A DNA stretch of 20,323 nt. It comes from Candidatus Omnitrophota bacterium (GTDB lineage: Bacteria; Omnitrophota; Gorgyraeia; Gygaellales; JAHJCI01). The DNA lies in the NCBI GenBank assembly GCA_043816835.1, contig JBDRHJ010000042.1:1-20323 (forward strand), in the 5' to 3' direction. Positions 1 through 7,059 of this stretch are shown here, one piece after another. Within the stretch, counting starts at the first letter, position 1. Every line of letters starts with the position of its first letter. The translations under genes and the position numbers were made by a program. The notes under the pieces are model-generated. The model did not search any database and was not told the origin of the DNA. It saw nothing but the letters and a program-made list of their open reading frames with translations.

Positions 1-1002
1 GGTAAATTGCGCGAATTCTTGGACTGCCTTTTTAATCCTCAGCATTCGTTCGGGGGAAGAAGGATGGGTGGAAAGATAGCTCCTAATCATTGATTGGGGA
101 ATTTCAATCGCAAACCTTTCCTGAAAGGATGCGCAAACACAGGGGTTAAAACCCGCAAGGTAGACAAATTTCACGCCGAAATAATCCGCCTCCCGCTCCA
201 GGTCGCGGGAATAATTTGCCCTAAAAAGATCAGCCGTCTGCATCACAACATCCCCGCTTCCCGGGGATGCCTCCTCAGCAAATATCCCCAGTAAAACTGA
301 TAGGATCGAACCCATTTGCGCTTTAGAAACATGCCCGCGCACAAAATGGGCTAACTCATGGCCTAAAACCGCGGAAATTTCATCGTCTGTCCTGGCAAAA
401 TTCATTAAGCCGTAGGTAATGTAAATTGCATTGGTACCGGCAGCAGCATTAACCTCCTGGATATCAACCATAACAATAGGTACATTTATCGGAATTGAAC
501 CCACGCTTAAAAAAATGCCCTGGGGCAGATCATTGCGCTTAATCTGTAGTTTAGCCGAGCTTCCGATTTTTAATTTCTTAGACTGATAATTAAAGTCACG
601 TGCGCTAAAAAGCCTTGTCCCGTTAATCGACTCCAAAACATCCCCCGGCATTACCCCTGCCCTTTGTGCCGGTGAGCCGTCAATCACAACCGCAACTACC
701 AGGCCCCTTTCTGTCTGGAGATGATATAATTGCCTGAGATATTTATTAATCTCTACCGCATATATACCTAAATAAGGCTGCGGCTCTTTTACTGCCTTAA
801 TCTCTTCCTGCGGAATGTTCGAAACCAGCTTATAGCCGATATTACTAACCCGCTTTAATTGTTTAATCCGAAACTCGAGTGATTTTACCATTAATCCTTC
901 TTCTGCCACGCGGATTTCTTCCTGGCTTACTGACGGGCCGGTAATCGTAGCGCAGCCGCTTAAGAAAAATAAACTTAGGGTTAGTAATGCTAAATATTTC
1001 AT
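1..1002 (-). CDS. M48-family zinc metallopeptidase lipoprotein with internal PDZ domain (3' end beyond window)
   Basis: Absent from the ORF track because no stop lies inside the window. Manual minus-strand translation from the ATG at 1002 gives 334 uninterrupted codons down to position 1. It starts MKYLALLTLSLFFLSGCAT (signal peptide plus LSGC lipobox). A PDZ-like block follows (GLVVAVVIDGSPAQRAGVMPGDVLESINGT). Then come HELAH (HExxH), SRDLEREADYFG and STHPSSPERM, which are typical M48 blocks. Confidence 0.8.
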   Translation of the reverse strand, partial: MKYLALLTLSLFFLSGCATITGPSVSQEEIRVAEEGLMVKSLEFRIKQLKRVSNIGYKLVSNIPQEEIKAVKEPQPYLGIYAVEINKYLRQLYHLQTERGLVVAVVIDGSPAQRAGVMPGDVLESINGTRLFSARDFNYQSKKLKIGSSAKLQIKRNDLPQGIFLSVGSIPINVPIVMVDIQEVNAAAGTNAIYITYGLMNFARTDDEISAVLGHELAHFVRGHVSKAQMGSILSVLLGIFAEEASPGSGDVVMQTADLFRANYSRDLEREADYFGVKFVYLAGFNPCVCASFQERFAIEIPQSMIRSYLSTHPSSPERMLRIKKAVQEFAQFT

Positions 1003-1034
1003 TTGTCCCTGTGCCTTAAAGATTATAACAGCAA

Positions 1035-1598
1035 TTATTTCCCGTCCCTGATTAATGCTAAAGTCTCACTGCGGGTTTTTTCGTTCTTTTTAAAAATTCC
1101 GCGTACCGCCGAAGTCACTGTTAATGCCCCTGCCTTCTTCACCCCGCGCATTGACATACACAGATGTTCTGCCTCAATAACAACCATAACCCCGCGAGGG
1201 GTAAGTTTTTTCATGATAATCTCTGCAATCTGGGTAGTAAGCCTCTCCTGAACCTGCGGCCGCTTAGATAGAATATCTACAACCCGCGCTAATTTACTTA
1301 ACCCGGTTACGCGGCCATCCTTAGGGATATAGGCAATGTGCGCCTTACCGAGAAACGGAAGCAGGTGATGCTCGCAAACCCCATAAAGCGGAATCCCCTT
1401 AAGCAGAACAATTTCTTCGTACTTCTGATCTAAAATAACCTCGAGTTCCTTATCCGGGCTCTGCTTAATGCCGGAAAAGATCTCTTCATACATTTCGGCA
1501 ACCCGTTTTGGCGTATCCTTTAGGTCTTTCCTCTCTGGATTATCGCCAATCGCAATCAGAATATCCCGAATTGCCTTTTCGATCTTTTTTTTATCCAT
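1035..1598 (-). CDS. folE: GTP cyclohydrolase I (FolE type)
   Basis: ORF track 1035..1625. Signature blocks are [10 protein letters not shown] and [15 protein letters not shown]. The preferred start is the ATG at 1598 ([14 protein letters not shown]), which has AAAGGGG 5 nt upstream. The 1625 start would overlap the mnmE stop by 16 nt. Confidence 0.9.
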   Translation of the reverse strand: MDKKKIEKAIRDILIAIGDNPERKDLKDTPKRVAEMYEEIFSGIKQSPDKELEVILDQKYEEIVLLKGIPLYGVCEHHLLPFLGKAHIAYIPKDGRVTGLSKLARVVDILSKRPQVQERLTTQIAEIIMKKLTPRGVMVVIEAEHLCMSMRGVKKAGALTVTSAVRGIFKKNEKTRSETLALIRDGK

Positions 1599-1609
1599 AT
1601 TAACCCCTT

Positions 1610-3067
1610 TTATTTTCCGATACAAAAATCACTGAAAATCCTATCCAGTAAATTATCGGTTAACTGCTTACCCTCAATTTCATCCAGGAAACCAAATGCC
1701 TCCTTAAGATCCTGGGCAATCAGCTCAAAGGATAAATTCTTTTTAACTGATCTCCTTGCCCGGGCAATTGATTTCTGCGCCCTTTTAAGCTGCTGGATGT
1801 GCCTGAGATTACTTACCCATACCTGTTCACCTGATTTAATTTTACCATTAAATACCGATTGGGCAATAGCTTCCTCCAATCGGCCGATGTTTTTCTGTTT
1901 TTTTGCGGAGATCTCGACAACCTGTTTAAACCTCCGGGCAATCTTTTCATATTCAATCTTCTGCTTCAGGTCAATTTTATTAATCAAGGCAAGAACAGGC
2001 TTTAGCTTAACCTTGCGCATTAAAACCTCATCCTCTCGGGAGATGCCTTTGCTTCCGTCAAAAACAAGCAGGATTAAATCCGCCTCTTTAATATAAAGCT
2101 GGCTGCGCGAAACCGCCTTTTTTTCAATTAGATCGCGTGGCTCGATTATGCCGGCAGTATCAACAATCCTTACCGGAATCCCCTTGATATCTAAGATATC
2201 TTCGATAGTATCTCGGGTTGTACCGGCAATCGGCGTAACAATAGAACGTTCGCATCTTAATAATGCATTTAAAAGCGAAGACTTACCCGCGTTAGGCTTG
2301 CCGCAAATAACCGCCTTTATGCCCTCACGTAAAACCCTCCCCTTCTTAGAGCTATCCAAAAGCAGTTCTAGTTCCCGGCTTGCCCCTTCTAACCCATCAG
2401 CAATAGCCCCGCTATCAACCGCCCCCAGGTCTTCATCGGGAAAATCAATATCTGCCTCTAAAATAGCAAGCGGTACCAATAACTTTTTCCTCAAACGATT
2501 TATTTTTTTTGAAAGCGCGCCTTTTAGTTGGCCGATGCTTACCCTTAAGGCAGAATCGGTTTTTGCCCGGATAATATCCAATACTGCTTCTGCCTGAGTA
2601 AGGTCAATACGGCCGTTTAAAAAAGCACGCTGGGTAAATTCACCCGGCTTACTTAAACGCGCCCCTGAATCCAAAACCAATTCCAGGATTTTTCTTAAAG
2701 GGATAATCCCGCCATGAGAGTTTATCTCCACAACATCCTCGCGCGTATAACTGCGGGGTTTGCGCATTACCGTCAGGATAACCTCATCAATCACCCCCTG
2801 CTCAAAATCAGAAGCCCTATCTTCTTGCTTATGACTTAAGACTCCTGACTTCTCACTTATGACTCCTGACTTATGACTATCTATAATCCACCCATAATGC
2901 GTTGTATAAGTCCTGAAACAGGAAGGCTTCTTGTTATCCCGGGAAACAAAAATCCTGTCCGCAATAGACAATGCCTTTTTTCCGCTTATCCTGACAATAC
3001 CAATGCCGGATTCGCCGATTGCTGTAGCAATTGCTGCAATTGTATCTTCTGAATTAATATTCATCAT
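1610..3067 (-). CDS. mnmE: tRNA modification GTPase MnmE
   Basis: 485 aa. The N-terminal domain begins [19 protein letters not shown]-domain motifs are [18 protein letters not shown] and NKIDL. The C-terminus carries the hallmark FCIGK. It contains a roughly 27-aa insertion (see findings). Confidence 0.93.
   Translation of the reverse strand: MMNINSEDTIAAIATAIGESGIGIVRISGKKALSIADRIFVSRDNKKPSCFRTYTTHYGWIIDSHKSGVISEKSGVLSHKQEDRASDFEQGVIDEVILTVMRKPRSYTREDVVEINSHGGIIPLRKILELVLDSGARLSKPGEFTQRAFLNGRIDLTQAEAVLDIIRAKTDSALRVSIGQLKGALSKKINRLRKKLLVPLAILEADIDFPDEDLGAVDSGAIADGLEGASRELELLLDSSKKGRVLREGIKAVICGKPNAGKSSLLNALLRCERSIVTPIAGTTRDTIEDILDIKGIPVRIVDTAGIIEPRDLIEKKAVSRSQLYIKEADLILLVFDGSKGISREDEVLMRKVKLKPVLALINKIDLKQKIEYEKIARRFKQVVEISAKKQKNIGRLEEAIAQSVFNGKIKSGEQVWVSNLRHIQQLKRAQKSIARARRSVKKNLSFELIAQDLKEAFGFLDEIEGKQLTDNLLDRIFSDFCIGK
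2828..2878. repeat. Short direct repeats inside mnmE (CTTATGACT x3, GACTCCTGACT x2)
   Basis: On the plus strand, CTTATGACT occurs at 2828, 2856 and 2870, and GACTCCTGACT at 2840 and 2861. Together they encode [17 protein letters not shown]. Confidence 0.8.
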
Positions 3068-3068
3068 T

Positions 3069-4493
3069 TTATCGCTGCCTGTTATTTAATAACTCACGTG
3101 CCTGGCCTACTAAAAACAAAGATCCGGTAATTAAAATTAAATCCCCCTGCTTTGCTTTTGCTGCTGCCAAATCCAGGGCCTGGCTTACCTTTTTAGCACC
3201 GTTTATCCGGCATTTGATATCAGGTAATTCATGCCTGATAATTTCCCTAATCGCATTTATATCTGCTGCCCGCGGATTATCCACCTGGGTCAAAATAACC
3301 TCTTGGCTTATCGGAATAAGCGCCCGGCAAATACCTTTTATATCCTTATCCCGGCAAACACCTAAAACCAAAATTATGCGCCGGTCAGGAAAATTTTCCT
3401 TAACCCCCCTTAGAAGCGCCTGCGCTGAAGAGGCATTCTGTGCCCCGTCAAGAACCACCAACCGGTTCCCGGAAATAATCTCAAACCGGCCGGGCCAAAG
3501 GGTATTATATAATCCGTCCTTTATCGCTTTAAGGCTCAAGCCCGGATGATAAAATTTGCGCATTGCCAAAACAACTGCAGCTGCCAAGGCAGCATTAATT
3601 ATCTGGTGGCTGCCTTTTAACCTTATTTTTAAATCAGCTAATTCTCCGAATAAGCCCCTAACAGCAAAACACTGATCGCCCGAATCAGGCCGATTATTCT
3701 CAATAATTATATCCTTGCCGATTTCATAGAGGGCTGCGCCTTGCTCCCCGCACCTCCTCCTGAATATTTCCATAACTTCTTTTTCCTGCGGTGCAGTAAT
3801 CGCGATTAATTGCGGAAGTTTTGACCTCGATTTTATAATCCCTGCCTTCTCAAAAGCAATCTCGGTTAAAGTATCCCCCAAATATTGGGTATGTTCGTAG
3901 CTTATCGGGGTTAATGCCGCGATCAAAGAATTAACGCTGTTGGTTGCATCCAGCCTGCCGCCTAACCCTGTTTCCAAAACACAAAAATCAACCTTTTTAT
4001 CCCGGAAATAGATAAAGGCAATCGCAGTATACACTTCAAAAAAGGAAAGCGCGCCATATTTCGAATGCGCATTGAATTTATCAGCCTGGGGCCTCAATCG
4101 CTCGATTATTGCAACTATTTCATCATCGGAAATCATTCCTTCAAAAACCAGCGGGCTACCATCGCTGTCTAATTTTTGCTCTGAAGGAAGCTGCGGGCTT
4201 AATATGCGAATCCTTTCCTTAAAATCGGATAAATGCGGAGAGGTATAGAGGCCGACCTTGAATTGGGCCTGGCGTAATATATAAGCAACAAATGCGCAGG
4301 TTGAACCCTTACCCTTTGTGCCGGCAACCTGAATGCATTTTAAAGCATCTTGGGGGTTGCCCAATGCATCGAGAAGCTGTTTTATCCGCTCTAATTTAAA
4401 GGTCTCGGCATAAGGATATTGAAGGGCCTTTTCGTAGTCAATGAATGACTCTAAATATCTGATTGCTTCGGGATAGGTCATAAATGAGCACAT
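3069..4493 (-). CDS. folC: Bifunctional folylpolyglutamate synthase / dihydrofolate synthase (Mur-ligase family)
   Basis: 474 aa. It has the P-loop VAGTKGKGST, then TSPHL and ETGLGGRLDATN, and the overall Mur-ligase layout. The stop lies 1 nt from the mnmE start. An alternative start at 4481 (MTYPEA) is possible. Confidence 0.9.
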   Translation of the reverse strand: MCSFMTYPEAIRYLESFIDYEKALQYPYAETFKLERIKQLLDALGNPQDALKCIQVAGTKGKGSTCAFVAYILRQAQFKVGLYTSPHLSDFKERIRILSPQLPSEQKLDSDGSPLVFEGMISDDEIVAIIERLRPQADKFNAHSKYGALSFFEVYTAIAFIYFRDKKVDFCVLETGLGGRLDATNSVNSLIAALTPISYEHTQYLGDTLTEIAFEKAGIIKSRSKLPQLIAITAPQEKEVMEIFRRRCGEQGAALYEIGKDIIIENNRPDSGDQCFAVRGLFGELADLKIRLKGSHQIINAALAAAVVLAMRKFYHPGLSLKAIKDGLYNTLWPGRFEIISGNRLVVLDGAQNASSAQALLRGVKENFPDRRIILVLGVCRDKDIKGICRALIPISQEVILTQVDNPRAADINAIREIIRHELPDIKCRINGAKKVSQALDLAAAKAKQGDLILITGSLFLVGQARELLNNRQR

Positions 4494-4526
4494 AACTTAT
4501 GGAGTACGAAGTGCGGCATAAGTTAT
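4492..4526. repeat. Perfect 10-bp stem / 15-nt loop hairpin overlapping the folC start codon
   Basis: ATAACTTATG (4492..4501) is the exact reverse complement of CATAAGTTAT (4517..4526). In mRNA sense the 3' arm ends in the AT of the folC ATG at 4493. Confidence 0.85.
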
Positions 4527-4538
4527 AGGTGCGAATTT

Positions 4539-4670
4539 ATCCCGCCCTTTTGGCAGCAATAAACTATTTTTTACACGTTTCTTTAAGTGTCCGGTCGTAC
4601 TGCCGTGATGTTTCAGCTTCATCTCCCGATCAAAAGCATCATTTTCCATCTTTTCCCAAAAGGGCGGGAT
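4539..4670. repeat. 15-bp perfect inverted repeat pair flanking a 102-bp core
   Basis: ATCCCGCCCTTTTGG (4539..4553) and CCAAAAGGGCGGGAT (4656..4670) are exact reverse complements. Confidence 0.9.
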
Positions 4671-4682
4671 TAACTCGGACAT

Positions 4683-4718
4683 ACGATTTAGCTTGCTGTT
4701 CCAGTGGCGCTAAATCGT
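4683..4718. repeat. Perfect 10-bp stem / 16-nt loop hairpin just downstream of the purH stop
   Basis: ACGATTTAGC (4683..4692) pairs with GCTAAATCGT (4709..4718). No U-tract follows on the minus strand, so it is not a canonical terminator. Confidence 0.85.
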
Positions 4719-4725
4719 GTCCTCG

Positions 4726-6285
4726 TTAATGCTTGAAGTGCCTCCTGCCGGTTACAACCATGGCAATGTTGTGCTTATTGCAGGCCTTGATGACTTCGTC
4801 ATCGGAGATCGAACCCCCGGGCTGGATGATTGCCTTTACCCCCGCGCGCGCTGCTTGAACAATTGCATCCGGCTTGGGGAAAAAGGCATCTGAGGCAAGG
4901 CAGGAATTCTGGGCTAACTTTCCAGCTTTTCTTTTCGCAATAATTACCGAATCAACGCGTGACATCTGTCCGGCGCCGATACCCACGGTCCGCTTGCCGC
5001 GAACAAGAACAATCGCATTGGATTTGGTATGTTTAACAACCTTCCAGGAAAAGATAAGGCTGTCCAGCTGCGCCTTTGTCGGCTTCTTTTTAGTAACAAC
5101 CTTGAGTTTGTTTATCTCGGATAAATCTAAGTCCTTGTCCTGGACTAATAAACCCCCGCCTATTCTTTTAAGGTCGAATTCTTTGGCTGAGTTCAAATTA
5201 ACCAATTCCAATAAGCGCAGGTTCTTTTTTTGCTTAAGGATATCTAATGCCTCCGGATTAAACCCGGGGGCAATAACACACTCTAAAAAGCCGCTATGCA
5301 GGATTAGCTTTGCGGTCTTTAAATCAGCTTTGCGGTTTAAAGCAACAATACCGCCAAATGCAGAAAGGCTGTCGCACTTCCAGGCATCCAGATAAGCCCG
5401 GTCTAAACGTTTATCTTCGGCAACCCCGCAAGGATTATTGTGTTTGCAGACAACTACTGCCGGATGTTTAAATTCAACTACTAATTCACAGGTGCTGTTT
5501 AAGTCTAAAATATTATTAAAAGAAAGTTCCTTGCCATGAAGCTGCCTTAAGTTAACTAATCCCTGGCCTGCCTGCTTCTTGCGGTAAAAGGCTGCCTTCT
5601 GATGGGGGTTCTCTCCATAGCGTAAATCCTGAACCTTACTGAATTCCAGATTTAATTCCTGAGGGAATCCTGCCCCTGGTTTTACGGCTGCTTTTGTCTT
5701 GCCGCTTAAATAATTATAGATTTCTCCGTCGTAATGCGAGGTCAGGCGAAATACCTCATGGGCTAACTTTTTGGCCGTCTGGGTGCTAATTGCCCCCTGA
5801 TTCTTATTAAGCTCATTTGATATCTCTTTATACTGATCCGGGCTTGAAACAACCACAACAGACTGATGATTCTTGGCTGCCGAACGCAGCATTGACGGGC
5901 CGCCGATATCAATATTCTCAATTGCCTCTTCCTCGGTTACCCCTTGCCTGGCAACTGTTTCTTCAAACGGATAAAGATTTACTACCACTATATCAATTAA
6001 GCCGATTTTATGCTCATCCAATGTCTGCATATGCGAAGGATTCTCCCGTAAAGCTAAAAGCCCGGCGTGAATCTTAGGATGCAGTGTCTTCACCCGTCCG
6101 TTTAACATTTCGGGAAATCCGGTATAATCAGAAACATCAATTACCGGGATATTGTTTTCCTTAAATAACTTGGCTGTGCCGCCGGTAGAAAGAATTTCTA
6201 CGCCCAGCTTAGAAAGCTGGCCGGCAAAATCAACAATCCCGGTTTTATTCGACACACTAATCAGCGCACGCTTAATCCTTATCAT
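4726..6285 (-). CDS. purH: Bifunctional AICAR transformylase / IMP cyclohydrolase
   Basis: 519 aa. The N-terminus is [28 protein letters not shown] (MGS-like domain). GENPHQ is present, and the C-terminus TGRRHFKH is typical of PurH. AGGAGG lies 8 nt upstream of the ATG. Confidence 0.95.
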   Translation of the reverse strand: MIRIKRALISVSNKTGIVDFAGQLSKLGVEILSTGGTAKLFKENNIPVIDVSDYTGFPEMLNGRVKTLHPKIHAGLLALRENPSHMQTLDEHKIGLIDIVVVNLYPFEETVARQGVTEEEAIENIDIGGPSMLRSAAKNHQSVVVVSSPDQYKEISNELNKNQGAISTQTAKKLAHEVFRLTSHYDGEIYNYLSGKTKAAVKPGAGFPQELNLEFSKVQDLRYGENPHQKAAFYRKKQAGQGLVNLRQLHGKELSFNNILDLNSTCELVVEFKHPAVVVCKHNNPCGVAEDKRLDRAYLDAWKCDSLSAFGGIVALNRKADLKTAKLILHSGFLECVIAPGFNPEALDILKQKKNLRLLELVNLNSAKEFDLKRIGGGLLVQDKDLDLSEINKLKVVTKKKPTKAQLDSLIFSWKVVKHTKSNAIVLVRGKRTVGIGAGQMSRVDSVIIAKRKAGKLAQNSCLASDAFFPKPDAIVQAARAGVKAIIQPGGSISDDEVIKACNKHNIAMVVTGRRHFKH

Positions 6286-6311
6286 CTCTAAAACCTCCTA
6301 TTATTATAAAG

Positions 6312-7016
6312 TTATTTATTGAAGCGGAAATTGATTAAATCCCCATCTTGAACAATATACTCCTTGCCTTCTAAACGCATATGGTTATTTGTCCGCGCCT
6401 GGTTTACGCTTCCGTCGTTGATTAAATCATTAAAAGAAATTACCTCTCCCCGGATAAACCCCTTCTGAATAGCAGAATGGATCGAACCCGAAGCCTGCCA
6501 GCAAGTCATGCCTTTCTTTATTGACCAGGCGCGCGCTTCTTTTTCACCCGCTGTAAAGAAAGCAATGTATCCGAAATTAGCGTAAGCAGAAGCCAAAACC
6601 TTGTGTTGGTCTTCTAGCTCCTGCGGTTCAATTAAAAAAATCGGCTTAATCGTTAAGAAAGAATAACCACTTACCATGCGGTTCTCTTCCTCTGATAAGT
6701 CCAGCTCAGAAATAAACCGTTCGCCCTCCAGCTGTTCTTTAAATCTATTCAATAACGCCTTTTCCGATTCATCCTCTGTATTACTAATCCGCTTCTCAGT
6801 AAAATCTAAATCCCCAAGGATTAAATCCGCCTGTTTATTTTTCAATGAAATTACCCCGTCGCATTCCCTGAGTTTTCCCGGGTCAGTAACAATTTCTACC
6901 TGAATATAAACCTTTTTCGCAGAACGCGCGATACCCTTTAACTGATCAATGCGCTGGTCAACAATATTTTCCTTACCGGCCGAAAAACTATCAATACTAA
7001 AGATGCCGATCTTCAT
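6312..7016 (-). CDS. YchF/OLA1-like protein with degenerate G domain (DUF933/TGS-type C-terminus retained)
   Basis: 234 aa. The C-terminal block FFTAGEKEARAWSIKKGMTCWQASGSIHSAIQKGFIRGEVISFNDL...RLEGKEYIVQDGDLINFRFNK closely parallels the YchF C-terminus. The N-terminus MKIGIFSIDSFSAGKE lacks the GxxxxGKS P-loop. AGGGGGG Shine-Dalgarno sequence upstream. Confidence 0.75.
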   Translation of the reverse strand: MKIGIFSIDSFSAGKENIVDQRIDQLKGIARSAKKVYIQVEIVTDPGKLRECDGVISLKNKQADLILGDLDFTEKRISNTEDESEKALLNRFKEQLEGERFISELDLSEEENRMVSGYSFLTIKPIFLIEPQELEDQHKVLASAYANFGYIAFFTAGEKEARAWSIKKGMTCWQASGSIHSAIQKGFIRGEVISFNDLINDGSVNQARTNNHMRLEGKEYIVQDGDLINFRFNK

Positions 7017-7059
7017 CTGTTAGCCCCCCTTTACTTGCGGTTAAAATTTTATGATTGGA

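Noticed and set aside
94-1251. Plus-strand ORFs 94..294 (TTG start) and 1003..1251
   Set aside because: They are antisense to the M48 peptidase frame, which is uninterrupted from 1002 to 1, and to folE respectively.
4539-4670. Possible self-cleaving ribozyme (twister or hammerhead) within the element bounded by the CCCGCCC...GGGCGGG inverted repeat
   Set aside because: The closing helix superficially resembles a twister P1 helix. However, the interior lacks the conserved twister core and contains no CUGAUGA...GAAA hammerhead core with a workable stem II.
4497-4682. 61-aa ORF between purH and folC (MSELIPPFWEKMEND...)
   Set aside because: It has no Shine-Dalgarno sequence and I recognise no family for it. 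Its sequence is constrained by three perfect inverted repeats that fill the spacer, and its stop lies inside a hairpin arm. I treat it as non-coding unless conservation or Ribo-seq says otherwise.
1797-6077. Plus-strand ORFs antisense to mnmE, folC and purH (1797..2096, 2148..2597, 3214..3549, 4874..5395, 5817..6077)
   Set aside because: Each lies entirely within a strongly supported minus-strand gene. Their composition is low-complexity and Ser/Leu/Phe-rich, as is typical of antisense frames, and they have no recognisable motifs or ribosome-binding sites.
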